A stretch of 64,000 nucleotides of DNA from Isurus oxyrinchus (lineage: Eukaryota). The notes beneath the pieces were generated by a model. That model ran no database searches. It was not told the origin of the DNA and saw only the letters and a program-made list of their open reading frames with translations. Both the position numbers and the translations under genes were made by a program. How positions within the stretch are numbered: position 1 is the stretch's first letter; each line of letters begins with the position of its first letter. This document shows, piece by piece, positions 1 through 13,790 of this stretch. The stretch covers positions 67,208,001 through 67,272,000 of the forward strand of contig JANJGN010000010.1 of the NCBI GenBank assembly GCA_026770705.1, given 5' to 3'.

Positions 1-29
1 CAAAATTTGTGAGAAACAAGCAAAACCAT

Positions 30-690
30 GGGCAGGATTTTTACCTCATTGGGCGGGCTCAGCGGGCATTCCCGGGAGCTGCTGCAAAGCCAGCTGCCGC
101 TTGCGATCTAGCCCCAACCTTGATTTCATGCTGGCTGGCCAATTAATGGCCAGCCAGCGTGAATCGCCGCTGCAACACTCAGCGCTCTTGGGTGGGGGGG
201 AGGGGAGGAGTGCGAGCACAGAAGTCAGGGCATGCACACAGGTGTGCCCACAGAAAGCTCCCTGAAGGCACAGAGGCTGCATCAGCGAGCTGAAGATTTT
301 CAACATTAAAAATAAACAATCATCCGTCACATGAGCAGGGACATATTAAAAATGAGTTTCAAAAGCCTTTCTTTTAAATCACTGGTCGAAACCTTATCCC
401 GCCCGTGGATGAGGTTTCACAAAAAATGCAAAAGTTGCTTGGCCTATTCGCCCGCCTACCAACCGAAATGTTGGACAGGCAGAGAAAAATTTCATTTAAT
501 CAATTGATTCAGGACCTTAATAGGCCTCTTATTTGTTGGCGGGTGCACTGCCACCCTTATGCGCGCCCGCTGAACAGAATATCACGAGAGTGCACGATGA
601 CGTCAGGACACTCTCCCAATGTCATTGCGCACTATTTTTCTCACATTTGGGTCGGGTGTGCGCCTGCCTAATGAGGGAAAATTCCTGCCC
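30..690. mobile_element. Harbinger-type MITE
   Basis: ~30-bp TIRs gggcaggatttttacctcattgggcgggc / gcctgcctaatgagggaaaattcctgccc, 3-bp flanks cat/tat, same termini as the autonomous element at 39448-47176. Confidence 0.8.
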
Positions 691-944
691 TATGATGCTG
701 TTGCACTAAATGTTCCATTCAAGTTCTGTAACACTTGAATATTGTGTTGCTTATAGCGTAAAATAATGAACATTTTTGAGATATCATCAATGTACTCAAT
801 CTTTTGTAATAGTATTTTGGTACGTTAGAAGAGTATTTTCTCTGTAATAATGTTAAAACATCTAAATTAGGATGTAATTTGCCCTTCATTGTTTTATGGA
901 ATTACTGATCCATTGCAATAGTCTGTGGATTTTTATTTTGAAAG

Positions 945-1310
945 TATCTACTTGGCTTAGTGGTAGCACTGTCACCTCTGAGTCAGAAGGTGTGGATTTG
1001 ATCATATATTCTTTGCTAATACTTAAGTCATTACTGAGGTGCTGCATTGTTGACCTTATGTTTTATGTTAAATCAAAGCCCATCTCCCAGTTTAGTGGGT
1101 GTAAATGGTGCGAAAAAGGCTAGGCAGTTCCTTTAGTAACCTGTTTGATATTCCACCCATGACTAACATTAGTAAAACAGATTATTCAGTTATTAAGCTT
1201 ATTTTCTGTTTATGGGATCTTGCCATTCACAAATTAGCTGCCATTTTTGTCTTGAAAATAACAGTGACTGCATGTTCCTGATGACATGAAATAGCACTGT
1301 ATATATGTAA
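945..1310 (+). mobile_element. Old tRNA-derived SINE, DeuSINE/SacSINE-like
   Basis: tggcttagtggtagcactgtcacctctgagtcagaagg head, then a degenerate ctgaggtgctgcattg and tgggatcttg body. Confidence 0.5.
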
Positions 1311-2414
1311 TTTCCAATTTTGTTTATCTCTCCAAACAGCTGCTCTACTGGTGACTCTTTTTTTCTCTTTTGTGAAGAACCTTCAGGCAGACTTTTTGTT
1401 TAAAGATGCAACACAGAAATTGTAGAATAATGGGTCTTGCCATAGCAATAATCAACCATAGCGAGGCAATAGCAACAAGTGTTTCAGCAAATACAAATTT
1501 TGTAACAGGCTTTAATATTTTACAAAAAGCAGGAAACCGATCAATTTTCAGGGCTATCTGTATGCATCAGGTATTTAACTAAAATAATCAGATTGAAAAG
1601 GCTAGTATTACATACCTTGCTCATTAGCATTATCAAAGCTCTGCAGATTTCATCTGTTAGATGACATGATCAGCTTTACTGTTTTATTATTTTTTGTGTT
1701 AGTGTAGGTGCTTTGATCATCTACTCAACTCGTTTCTATTAAAATATAAATGTTTTCTTGTTTAAATTCTTGTTCACGGAAAATTATTGGAAACACACCA
1801 GTGTAGTTAGGATTCATTTTATTCACACGTTTTCTCCTAATCAAAGTTTCCTTCAAAACACAGGAGGGAACTATTCGAGTTTCTGTAATGAACACAGCAG
1901 GAAACATCTTCATGTAGAGGAGACTTCCAGTTGTGATGATGCTGGACACATTGCATCAAAAGTAGGAAGAACAGGAGAGCAAGGGCTGGGTAATTTCAAG
2001 GGCAGTAAGAAATGGACAATTAGGACTCTCTACTACCCAATGTAGCAAGAGTAATGTGGGCAAAACTGCAGTGAAAAATCGTATATACAGAGACTGCTCC
2101 ACATTAGCAACACAGCTAATGAAGTTTGTATTCTAATTCATCCAGTCAAAAAGCAACATCCAGGCAGCACTAATGGCACAAATGAAAATGCTCACGATAC
2201 TAAACCACTATGCCACTGTAAATACACCATTGCTAGATTCAGTCAGTGTTCACCACTGGACCACAGAGGTAACAGATTCTCTATTTAAACATGGATCTGT
2301 GTATCTAATTTCAACTTTAGTTTGAGAGCAGAGCCAGTGTTCTGAGGCAAGTGACATTCCTGGCTACAGGGCGCCATTGATTGAACTCATATAAATAATC
2401 ATGTACATATGGAT

Positions 2415-3750
2415 AGGAACATAAGAATGTAAGAAATAGAAGCAGGAGTAGACCAATGGCCCGTTGAGCATGTTCCACTATTCAACATGATTATGGATAA
2501 TCTCCTGCTTTTATTCGACTTTCCTGCCTAGTCCCCATACCCCTTGATTCCCTGAGAAATCAAAGATTTGTCTACCTCAGCCTTAAACATAATTCACTCT
2601 CTCCGCTACCAGCGCACAGTGACAATAGTGTGCACCATGTATAAGATGCACTGCAACAACTCACCAAGTCTCCTTCAACAGAACCTTACAAACCTGTAAC
2701 CCCTCAAAGACAACAGATGCATGGGAATACCACAATCTGCAAGTTCCCCTCCAAGCCACACACCATCCTGACTTGGAACTATACTACTGACCCTTCACTG
2801 TTGCTGAATGAAAAACCTGGATCTCCCTTTCTAACAGCAATGTGAATATATCTACATGACATGCACTGCAGAAGCTCAAAGAAGCAGCTCATCTCCACCT
2901 TTCATGGGTAATTAAGCATGAGCAACAAATGCTGCCTTGCCAGAGACGCTCATGTCCCGTGAAAGAATAGGAAAAAAAACCTACCCAACCTTCTTCAATG
3001 ATTGTGCACATGTAATCCCTGGTTTCTCTGTTCCTGCATCCACTTTAGAATTGTTTTATATATTTTATATTGCCATTCCTCGTTCTTCCTAGCAAAATGT
3101 ACCACTTCACACTTCTCTGCATTAAGTTTCCTCTGCCACTTGTCCGCCCGTTCCATTAGCCTACCTATGTCCTCTTAAAGTCTAACACTATCCTCCTCAG
3201 TTCACAATGCTTCCAAGTTTTGTGTTATCTGCAAATTTTAAAATTGTGCCCTGCATATTATGTCTAAGTCATTATTATGCTTACAGAAAAGTGATGGTCC
3301 TAGAACTGACCCCTGGGGAATTGCACTGTACACCTTCTTCCAATCGGAAAAGCAAGTATTCACCACTACCCTGTTTCCTGTCACTCAGCCAACATTTTGC
3401 CTATGCTGCCTCTGTCCCCTTTACTCCATGTGCTTCAACTTTGCCAGCACTTTATCAAGCACCTTTTGGAAGTCCATATACAGGGTATCCCACATCAACC
3501 ACTTTACCCTCATTAATCATCTCTGTTACCTCAGCAAAAAACTTATTCAAGTTAGTTAAATATGATTTGCCTTTAACAAATCCATGCTCTCTTTCACTAA
3601 TTAATCCACACTTATCCAAATGACTATTAATTTTGCTTCATATTCTCATCTGCAAAAGATTTCCCACCACAAGGTTAAACTGACTGGCCTATAGTTGCCG
3701 GGTTTAACCTTACATTTCTTTTGAACAAGGGTGTAGCATTGTACATATCG
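2415..3750 (-). mobile_element. CR1 LINE fragments (mostly minus strand, with a + strand CR1 3' tail at ~2595-2980)
   Basis: Minus-strand KPGNYRPVSLT RT motif (ORF 3646-3834) and a gaacataagaa 3' microsatellite end. Confidence 0.7.
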
Positions 3751-3811
3751 AAAGTTGAAATGAATAAAGTTTGAAACCCATGCCTTACATTTAATTTCAA
3801 CTGCTTTACAG

Positions 3812-3949
3812 GTCCTTTCGTGGATAAGGCGCATTCAGTCTTAGACATGATCTCCACCACTCTGCTTCAGATGGAGGAAGAACTGAATGAACTGGATAGG
3901 GAAGCAGGAGATGGTGACTGTGGTGTTACACATGCAAGGGCAGCACAGG
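3812..3949 (+). CDS. TKFC: TKFC internal exon (start of DhaL domain): [46 protein letters not shown]
   Basis: Acceptor tttacag| and donor |gtcagt. LNELDR-AGDGDCG-TH is the DAK2/DhaL signature. The phase 1 end joins the next exon in frame. Confidence 0.95.
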
Positions 3950-4339
3950 GTCAGTTACTGAAAGAATGCAACTCTGAGAATTTGAAAATAATTGTTGGTA
4001 AAATGTTGGCAGTACCAATGGATGATTTAGGGATGTGGGACTGAAATGTCAACAATGTGTACCTTCAACTAAATTTAAATCATGCCAACTCACTGATTCA
4101 GTTCCTTCCTCGAGAGATATCTGTACAGTGACGAATCAGTGAGTAACTGATTCAGAAAGATCTCTGTATGGTAATGTCTTTCAGTTCCTCCCTTTGGTAC
4201 AATAAGGAAACTTCTGCACCCATGCTTTTTTCCCATTGAGTGATTGAATTGATTTAGCAATATTGTAGAGCATCAAATGTTTTTAAATTGCAATGAGAAT
4301 GAGACATTGCACTTGAGTCCATTTAATTCATAGGATGTC

Positions 4340-7300
4340 TATAATCTGTGTTGTGGACTGTACACAACCCTTTTAGCCTACTAACAACTTTCCTTTCCCA
4401 GAAGCTCAAGACAATCATTCTTTGCACAATATTTAAATGTCTCCACCTTTATTCCAAAACGTCGAGCTCTTTTTCAAAAATTATTTTTCCTTTTGCTAAA
4501 TACAGTTCTACAAGAGAATGGTATGCTGTTGAACCCACATATCCCTAAAAATCTCATGATTACTGGTTTTGTTATGGGAATGGGAAACTGTACAACTGAA
4601 TGTACCTTTGCTGCTCTAGGCAATACTTGTTCCTGACCCGCCACGTGGTAGGTCACCTGATCCTTAGCGAACTTGCTCTTTGCGAGATTGATCACTAGGT
4701 AAGCTGACTGTAATTTCTTGAAGAGGGCTTCCAGCTGCTTTCTGTGAGTTTTCCAGGTGTCACTGTACACTAGGAAGATGTGTAGGTACATTATACAGTT
4801 GGATAAGCCTGCCACTACCTGGTTCATAAGCCTTTGAAAGGTGGTTGAGGCATTCCCGAGTCCAAATGGCATGACTCGACACTGGTATAACCCATCCGGA
4901 ATCACAAAAGTGGAGATTTCCTTCGTGCGGGCAGTCAAGGGAACCTGTCCATATCCCTTGAGTAAACCTACCTCTGTAATGTAGGCTGCATTATCTACCT
5001 GACCTATGCAGTCTTCCAGGCGGGGAGTTGGCTCTGGTCACTATTAACCTTGCGGTAGTCAATGCAGAGGCTTGGGCACAAGCAAAATGGGGGACCTCCA
5101 TCTACTGCTGCTGGGCTCTGTTAGTTGGTGCTATAGCATGCAGTTAATCTCCTCCAGAACCCAGGCCAGCTTTTCTGGACCTAGACAGTAGGGATGTTGC
5201 CTTATGGGAGGGACCTCTCCCACATCCATATCATGTACAGCCGAAGTGGTTCAGCGTGGCTCACCTCTGCAGATGTTTTTAAATGCAGTGAGCAGCCTTG
5301 TCTGATGATCTCACTTTTCTGCACTTAGATGGGTGAATATGGTGTCCAGCTTCACTAAAATTTCTGTGTTTGCTAGCTGGATAGTAAGAGGTTCAGTGTG
5401 GGCCTCACCCATGTCTCCCTCCAATTCACCCTCTTTGTTCCTCTCGTCCTCCAGGTCTGTTGTTATTGGACAGACCGTATACCCGCTTCTCCCATTCTCG
5501 CTGTTGCTGACATGACACAAGCCTTTGCGTTTTCCTGTGGTCTGGTGTGTCAATTAGATAGTTAACCTTCCATAGCTTCTTTGCTATTCTGCATGGGCCA
5601 CTGAAACAGGCTTTTAGGGGTTCACCCAGTATTGGTAGGAGCACTAGTATGTTGTCTCCTGGCTGCAAGGTTTGTTTATCTGCCTGTATTTTCATAGCTG
5701 TTAGGGAGATTTTTCAGTGTTGTTGAACCATATCACAGGCTCTCGTGAGTCACTCATGGAACACAGGTACGTAGTTTAAAATGGATATTTCCAACTTCTG
5801 TTCTAAAAATCTCTCCTTGATTAGTTTCCAAAGATCTATCACTTGGTGTCCGTAAACCAATTCAAGTGGAGTAAAACAGGTGAACTCATTGGGTCAGTCT
5901 CTGTACCAAACAGAAGAAAACCTAGTCTTTTATCGTAGTCAAGTCATGAGGGTACTCATGGCAGTATGCCCTGATCATTGTTTTTAGGATCTGGTGGTAC
6001 CGTTCTAGTGCCCCCTGCGGCTGCACGTGATTTGCCTAAGCCTTCAGCTGGGTCACACCCAGGTTACCCATGACTTCCTGGAATATTTGGGACATGAAAT
6101 TTGAGCCCTGATCCAACTGGATCTCGGTGGACAGTCCGTACCGGGTAGAGGAATGTGTTAAGTCCCCCACTACTGTTTTAGCAGATAGGGTTCTCAGGGG
6201 AATGGCCTCTGGAAGTGGGTCGCCACATCCATGATGGTAAGGAAATACTGGTTTTGTTTTGCGCAGGGGTCCCAACCACACCTTACTGAATGCTTCCCCA
6301 AAAGCCAGCATGGGAATCATAGGTGCAGGTTTTTTGCAGCCTGGGGTTTTCCCACAGCCTGACAGGTGTGGCAGGATCTGAAAAACCTTACTACATCCTC
6401 GTGGAGGTGTGGCCAGTGAAAATGCTGGCTAATGTGAGATTGAGTTTTCCTTATACCAACATGCCCAGTCATTGGGATTTCAATTGCTAGTCTTATTATT
6501 TTCCCACGGTGCCTCAGTGGCACCACTACCTGATGGATCACTTTCCACTCCTCGTTTGTAGGTCTGTGAGGGGGCCCCCACTTCCTCATCAGCACATAAC
6601 TTTTACTGTATTAACATTCAGGGATTGCCTGTGTCTCCACTTCAGTTTGGGCAATCTGAGCTAAACTACAACCAAGGAAGACCCATTTTTAACCTCCTTA
6701 GGGTCCTCTAGGCTACCCAAAAAAGACCTCAGATAACCTGACAGGGTCATCTGTCTACAAGTGCCAATTCAGCTGCAAGTGATGGAGTTTGTCTGACCAT
6801 AGACCAGGTTACCACACAGTTAAGGAAAATGCCAAGCACTTTCTCCTGCAGCAGTTCTGTCTCCCTGACCTCAGTCAGCTTCTCTGAGACTACTGGGGAT
6901 GCTATCACTTTTGATCCTGCCAGGTCATTGCTGAGGAGCAGGTTGACCCCATCCACGGGCAAACTGGGGACGACTCCCATGGTTATAGGCCCTGACAAAA
7001 GGTTGCACTTCAGGTGCACTCAGTATAAGGGGATGGGTATGTACCTGCCTTCAACATCCTTTAACAGCACCTTGCCACTTATTCCACTATCTAGTGGAAA
7101 GGTCATGCCTTTTCCCAACAGTAGATTTCGGTTGGCACCTGTATCCCTCAGTATCACTGTAAGATTACCTACCTGGGAAAATGTAGCCACTCTTCTGTCT
7201 CATACAAAATCCTGTAACCCTCAGGGATTTTTAAAAATCTGCACTCACAGAGGTGTGCCTACAGGGATTCGCTGCCACTGTCAGAGCCATAGCCTGGTCT

Positions 7301-8893
7301 GCTATGCTCTCTGTCTGACTTCCATTTTCTGTGCAAAGTTTGTGTGCCCCAACAAATCCCAAGGGTTATTCCTGTAACTTTAGCTGTCAGCACGGAGGTA
7401 TCCTGCTTTGTGGCAGTTTAGACACACAGACTTCTTGGCCTCACTCCTCTTCTCAGCACAATCCCTCCTGGCTTGAGGAGGGCCCTCTTTGTTTTCAGGT
7501 GTCCCTTCTCTCCCATGGGTGCTCAGTTTCCTATCACTCTCCCACCTTCTATCCTTCTCAGTGGTTGGGGTGGCTAGGGAAAAGTTGCCTTTGGGATGAG
7601 TTTTTGTGAACCAGCTCTTAATCATCAGCCAGTTTTGCTGCCTGTCTGGCCCCTGTTACTCTCTGTTTCTCAATGTGAATTCTTTTCTCTATGTGAATTC
7701 TTATTGGGAGTTGTATGGCGGTTTTGAACTCCTCAAGGAGAATTATTTCACAAAGGTGTTTGGCAGTGGCCTCAATTTTATACGTCTGTATGCATGGTTC
7801 AAAAGTGAGCTGTTTAAACTGTTCAAATTTCAGGTATGTCTGGTCAGGCCATTTGCTGAGGTTACAGAATTTTTGATAGTACACCTCTGGCACTAATTGG
7901 TATGCACTTAAAATAGCCCTTTTTGCTTTCTTATAGATTGTTGCACTTTCCTCAGGCAAGAGGGAGTAAATATTGTGAGCTTTTCCTGTCAGCTTACTCT
8001 ATAACAGCAGGGACCAGTGTTGGGCTGGCCACTTTAACTGCTGTGCTAAACCTTCGAAAGAGATAAAGAAGGCATCCACCTTCTTTATTGTGAGCAATGA
8101 GGAGCCAAACAAATCAGGTTTTCTTGAGTTGAAGGAAGAGCAAATTCGTTAACCCCCTAAACCCAAGAAAAATAATAAAAGCACGACGTTTAGCATTCAG
8201 CCACATACAAAAGACACACACCCAAACACACACACACACACACCAGAAATAAGAGTTAGAGTCCGATAAAAAAGGTAAAAGAATATACAGTTAAGGTCCT
8301 ATGATTGTCCTTCAAGCGTAGATTTTAAACCTTGTGGCTGATTTAGGTTAGCTGGTTTCTTGGATGTAGTCAGGTATAGAGGATGTTGCAATTAATACGA
8401 GAACTCGGTTTGCTGGTAGATTTCTGATAGAGCTGGCTTCTCGAACTGGATGGCACACTTGTTCCAAAAGAGAGAGAGGGAAAGAGAGCAGCCGTCAGCT
8501 TGTTTCCTCTGCTGAAGACTTTCTTGACACTGCCTGTGTTACTTGCAGTCTGTCTTTCGTGGCTGGCAGCCTTGCCTTGAAATGCTTCACCCATTGTGTA
8601 TTTCCAAGAGATTTTGGGTGTGCATTTGATCGCCATTGTTTGAATATCCAGTACTTTGCATTTTTAATGTCTCTTCCATAGACAGTTAAGAGTTTTGATG
8701 GGTGTTTAGATTATAGGAAATGTCTCTCTCTTACTCCCCTGAGGGTAATTTGTTGGTTTTTCATGTCCACCTTGGAATGTGACCTTGCATTTTGGAGCCA
8801 TTTTCCCTGAATCATTTCAAATTGCAAAATTTCCAGTCAGTTGAAAGTTGAAAAATCATATTTTCAAAAATGAAGGTGCTTAGCCTTGTAACA
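4340..8893 (-). mobile_element. Decayed Gmr1-like Ty3/Gypsy LTR retrotransposon (gag/SCAN-like, CCHC, protease, integrase, RT) with a probable 5' LTR at ~8089-8893
   Basis: Minus-strand fragments: AILSAYQLVPE...ILLEEFK, CLNCHKAGYLRADS, GHVGIRKT...HFHWP...CHTCQ, IQLDQGSNF, MPFGLGNASTTFQRLM. Many frameshifts. Confidence 0.85.
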
Positions 8894-9027
8894 AAATAAT
8901 CTATGTCAGTGATTGCTAAGTTGACGATGTTGAGTATAGCTAATCTATCACATATCTTTTACAATAAGGAGTTGGGGTCTTGTTTGTAAAACCTCCTGAT
9001 ATCTGAGAATTTTTCTTTTTCACTCAG

Positions 9028-9134
9028 CCATTAAGAACTTGTTGACATCTGATGCAGTTCCTGGCAACGGTCACCAGCTCCTTTTGTGTCTAGGCAGGTT
9101 GACACGAGACCATATGGGTGGGGCATCAGGAGCA
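9028..9134 (+). CDS. TKFC: TKFC exon: AIKNLLTSDAVPGNGHQLLLCLGRLTRDHMGGASGA
   Basis: Pyrimidine tract plus cactcag| acceptor and |gtaagt donor. MGGASGA matches the DhaL MGGSSGA motif. Frame continuous with flanking exons. Confidence 0.95.
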
Positions 9135-10345
9135 GTAAGTCTAAATGATGATTCTATTTCTAACCAACATGTAGTGCGAAACTGTAGCAAAGAATAACCT
9201 GATAGTTGGGCTAAAAGAACCACAACAGACATTAATTTTATTTGTTTGTACACAATCAGTAAATCAGGTAACTCAGCCAAGCTTTTGGTAGCTTAAGGCA
9301 TGTAATGCTGAAAAGTGTATTCAGTTCACCTGTTTATTCTCAACTGTATATACATGATATGACACCCTTCTTGCTCCTGAAACCTAATTGTGCTGAAATG
9401 CAGATGTATTATGTCATTATCATCATATTTTCTCCTACTGCAACATATTTCTTCTGTGGAACTCAAAATTGGACTGTATGGCCTTGCTTTTCACTGTTGA
9501 ACTTTGGTTTATTAGTTTGGCTCAATTGGTATTATTGCCTCTGAGTCAAAGTGATCAAATCCCACTTCAAGATTTCAGCACATCATTTACACTGACACTC
9601 AGCACAGTGCTGAGGTTAAGTGTTGCGTTGACAAAGACTTTCGTTATTTATTTCTTCTCAGCATATATGTGACAATAACAAGGACACATTTATTGTCTAT
9701 CATAGTCTTTAGGAAGGTGCTATTGAACCTTTTTTCCTTGAATCACTACAGTCTTTGTCCTGATGGTACTCCCTTGATTTTGTAAGGTCGAGGATATTGA
9801 CCTAGTGACAGCAAAGGAACAGAGGTAAATGTCCAAGTTAGTTTAAACTGTGAATTACATGGCAAATTGGAGGTGATGGTATTCCCATGAATTTGCAGCC
9901 TTTGTACTTCTTAGTGATGAAGTGGTTGTGAGGTGCCCAGTTAGATTTGTTTCTGGAGGATTGGACATGCATCAATGATGTCCAGTACTGTCAAGTCGAT
10001 CGCAATATCAAAGCAGCAATGAAACTATCAGACAAGATGTTAAATCAAGGCCCTGAATGCCTGTTTAGATTGATATAAAAGATGTTATGGCACTATTTCA
10101 AGATCAGAGAATTCACCCAAGCATATACTACTGTCCTTTCTCTGTCACTCGATTAAAATCCTGGAATTTTTTTACCTAACCATCAGCACAAGGCTTATAG
10201 TGATTCAAAGAAAAGGACCAACAGCACATTCCTAAAGACTAAATTTGTCCTGGCCAGCGTCCTTCCCCCTCAACCCTTATCACTGGAACAACTTGACTAG
10301 ACATTTTTCTCACTGCTGTTTGTAAGTCCTACATAACTGCACTTT

Positions 10346-10700
10346 GAGGCAGTGGCATAGTGGCTTGGCACTGGACTGGTATTCTAGGGTAATGCTTTGG
10401 GGACCCAGGTTTGAATCCCGCCATGGCAGATGGCGAAATTTGAATTCAATAAAAATCTGGAATTAAAAGTCTGATGATGACCATGAAACCATTGTTGATC
10501 ATTGTAAAAACCTACCTGGTTCACTAATGTACTTTAGGGAAGGAAATCTGTCATCCTTACCTGGTCTGGTGTACATGTGACTCCAGACCCACAGCAATGT
10601 GGTTGATTCTTAACTGCCCTCCGAACAAGGGCAATTAGGGATGGGCAATAAATGCTGGCCTCGCCAACAACACCCACATCCCATGAACGGATTTTTTAAA
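10346..10700 (+). mobile_element. tRNA-derived SINE with CR1-type 3' tail
   Basis: A-box agtggcatagtgg, B-box ggtttgaatccc, tail gggcaattagggatgggcaataaatgctggcc...catcccatgaa. Homologous copies at 13160-13482 and 57336-57737. Confidence 0.8.
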
Positions 10701-10930
10701 AAGTGCATTGGGATGTTTCTGAACTATATAAACACAAATGATATTTCTTGGTCTCCTATTCTATAGCTTCGGACCCTTCATTTTAATTCTTCAAAAATCC
10801 AGAACTTTGAAACATAGGTAACCGAGAACCATGGTGTCAACAATATCAGTGATTGAAAAGTGGCACAGTGAGACATAGCAATGTGAGATCATACTGTGCT
10901 AGGATTTGAAAACAAACAATATCAAAGATA

Positions 10931-11719
10931 AACCGGAATTTTGCAGAGGCAGCAGACGTGAAGACACATCAGGACCAAAAGAAAGGGGCAGCTCCACCTC
11001 CATGGGTAACAGGACCCAGGGCTGCATTTTCCCAGTGGCAGCCTATTAAGTGGCTGCCACCATGGTTGCCCTCCTATTGATGGTGTACCTGTCCCAGCTT
11101 TGAGAAAGAGATCAAGAGCAGCCCAAGCTGAACTGCACTTTTTCCCTCTCTGAGGATATGTTTTTGGAATGATACAGACATGAATGGGAATTGGCACTAC
11201 CAGCAGTGGTCATTACTGGGGCTGCATCTGCCTAAATGAATACACATCAAGGGCCATGTGACCTTGAATACAGGTAAATGTGGTCTGGGGGCGCTAGGAT
11301 CAGGCAGATAGTCCCTGGCACGTTTGGGGTGAGGGATGATTGCAGAGGGCAGGCAGTATTGTTGCCATGGGGACAGTCATTGCTACCATGGAGTTGCTAG
11401 TGAGCCATAGAGTGCCAAAAAGGAAGGCCGCTCTCCCTTCAGAGCTTGCTGGGAGGCCACCAGGGTTTACCTGGAAGTATCTTTACATGATGGCAGGTCC
11501 TCTCAACACAGGCAAAATGCCGGAGGAGGTGGGCAGGTCCACTTAAGTGGCTCATTTGGGCTCTGGGCAGGTGGTTCGTCTGCCATTTTTTCCGCTGCTG
11601 CTGGGGAAATGGCATGGCAACAGGAAGATGTCGGGCATGCCACCCAATGTTTTCCCATACCATTTTGCCAACCTTGCTGCCTCACAGCCTGCTCCCAAAG
11701 GGCTTGTAAAATTCAGCCC
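10931..11719. mobile_element. Harbinger-type MITE, degenerate
   Basis: Right end gtaaaattcagccc matches the Harbinger TIR. Left end ccggaattttgc is degenerate. Confidence 0.5.
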
Positions 11720-11740
11720 ATGGTATTTGAGCTGAGATGC

Positions 11741-11876
11741 TAGTTCTGATGAAAGTTTATAAACCTGAAACATTAACTCCATTTCTTCCTACACAGGTGC
11801 TGTCAGGCCCACTAAGTAATCCCAGCCTTTTCTGTCTTTATTTCAGTTTCCAGCATCAGCAGTATTTTGCTTTTGT
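11741..11876 (+). mobile_element. Short PLE 3'-end fragment with a canonical hammerhead core (11742-11778)
   Basis: AGTT-CTGATGA-...-GAAA-CATT-AACT, followed by the PLE terminal sequence and tail ccagcatcagcagtattttgctttt. Confidence 0.7.
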
Positions 11877-12689
11877 AATATCAAACATGAGATTTTGCCA
11901 CCTCCCATTCATAACTGTATTGTTCCAAATCCTTGGGCTATTCTTGCTCTCTTTCTCAAACCTGAGTCAAGACGCACCATTTTAAGCCTGACTGCTTGAA
12001 AGCTTCAGATAGGCAAGTCAACAAGAACCCTTGAAATGATGGCTGAAAAAGCTTTTGTAATTTTTTCAGCATATAGGAAAATATAATCTGTTGAGAATTT
12101 ATTTTAAATCACATAAAGATTGGTTTTGTGGAAACTTCCAACAATTAGCATAGAACAAAGATACCTCTGGGATCTCAGCTCATTTCAGCTCGAGCTGAAC
12201 ATTTCCTTTCAGCTGGTATAGCCCTTTGTGAGGTGGGTTTATCATAGATTTTACCAGCATTGTCATTACTGTCTAACAGCCACTAAGGAATTTGAATTCT
12301 GCTTTACTTATCATTCTGGTCCTCTTGACTCTTTGCTCCCACCACTCATCTTCCTCATCTCCCTGTTCTCTCAGTTTAGACTGGTACTATTTCTGCCTCC
12401 TCCAGTTCAAGCTGTACTTCACTCCCTTAGTTAAATCTCTTGTTCCTTTTCTCCAACCCTATCTCCAAAGTTCAAACTGGCACCCTTTGTCTGTCCCTAC
12501 AGTTAATTATGGAACTCTTCTTTCTCCTCATTCTTTCTCCTCCTCACATAGTGCTACTAATGATTTTACTCTCTTACTTATCTGCACTCACCTCTTATGC
12601 TCTGCTTCTGTTGCTGTTCAAGTGATTGACACTGCTGCACACTGTAGAAATTACTAATATTGTAAGAGCAGTAAGGTTGAGGCAGAGTC

Positions 12690-13790
12690 AAGTCAATGCA
12701 GATTTTTTCCTCAGATAGGCAGGTTGTGTTCCCAAAATTATCCAAATCATGATGATATAGTTCCAAGTGAGGATGATGTGTGGCTTGGAGGGAACTTACA
12801 GGTGGTGTTCCCATGCACCTGCTACTCATTTTCTTCTAGGTGGTAGAGGTCTCAGGTTTGGAAGGTGCTGTTGAAGGAGCCTAAATGAGTTGCTGCAGTG
12901 CATTCTAAACAATGGGATGCTGCATGTCATGGTATGCCAGTGGTGGAGGGAGAGAATGTTTAGTATGATGGATGGGCTTTTATCCTGAATCATCCACCAA
13001 GTGGAGGCTATTCCATCACATTCCTGACTTGTACCTTGTAGCTAGTGGACAGGTTTTGGGGAGTTGAGAGGTACATTATTTGTCAAAGAATACCCATAGT
13101 GTTTATGTGACCCCCCCAGGATGTAATGATTGATGCAGCAATGTTAATATCAGTGTTTTGTTTTTGTTCATTCATGGGATGGAGGTGTCACTGGCTAGCC
13201 CATCCCTAAGTGCCCTTGAGAATTAAGTGGCTTGCTAGGAGAGTCAATTACATTGCTGTGGGTCTGGAGTTACATGTAGGTAGTAGATTTCCTTCCCTAA
13301 AGGATGCCAAATGTTTTTTTACGACAATCACCAATAGTTTCATGGATTCCAGATTATTTTTTTTCATTGAATTCAATTTTCACCATCTGCCATGGTGGGA
13401 TTTGAACCTGGGTCCCCAGAACATTACCCTGGGTCTCTAAATTACTAGTCCAGTGACAATAGCACTACACCACTGCCTCCCCTAATGATCTTACTTATCT
13501 GCACTCACCAATAGGAGATGGTTAGACAAGAAGTGGTCAATGCCTAGCACTTATTTGATGCAGATGTTACTTAGCCTGAATGTTGTCCAGATCTTGCTTC
13601 ATGCGGGCATGGATTGTTTCATTACCTGACGAGTTGTGAATGGAACCGAACACAACATAATCATCAGTGAACATTTGCACATCTGATCTTATGATGGAGG
13701 CATTGTATTGATGAAGATGGTTGGGCCTAGAATACTGCCCTGAGGAATTCCTGCAGCAATGTCCTGGGCTGAGGTGATTAGCTTCCAGCA
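12690..13790 (-). mobile_element. CR1 LINE fragments interrupted by a SINE
   Basis: Minus-strand SDVQMFTDD...MKQDLDNIQ RT remnant (ORF 13567-13791). Confidence 0.6.
13160..13482 (-). mobile_element. tRNA-derived SINE (same family as 10346-10700)
   Basis: Reverse complement of the SINE head and tail. Confidence 0.75.

Noticed and set aside
1758-2045. 95-aa ORF as an upstream TKFC exon
   Set aside because: No similarity to the DhaK-DhaL linker or any motif I recognise, and no convincing splice sites.
3820-4044. Stand-alone DhaL-like ORF suggesting bacterial transfer
   Set aside because: It is one exon of a spliced TKFC gene read through into the intron.
6829-7377. 182-aa plus-strand ORF
   Set aside because: It is antisense to the Gypsy protease region.
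10346-10425. tRNA-like A and B boxes
   Set aside because: This is a SINE head with no full cloverleaf, followed by SINE body and LINE tail.
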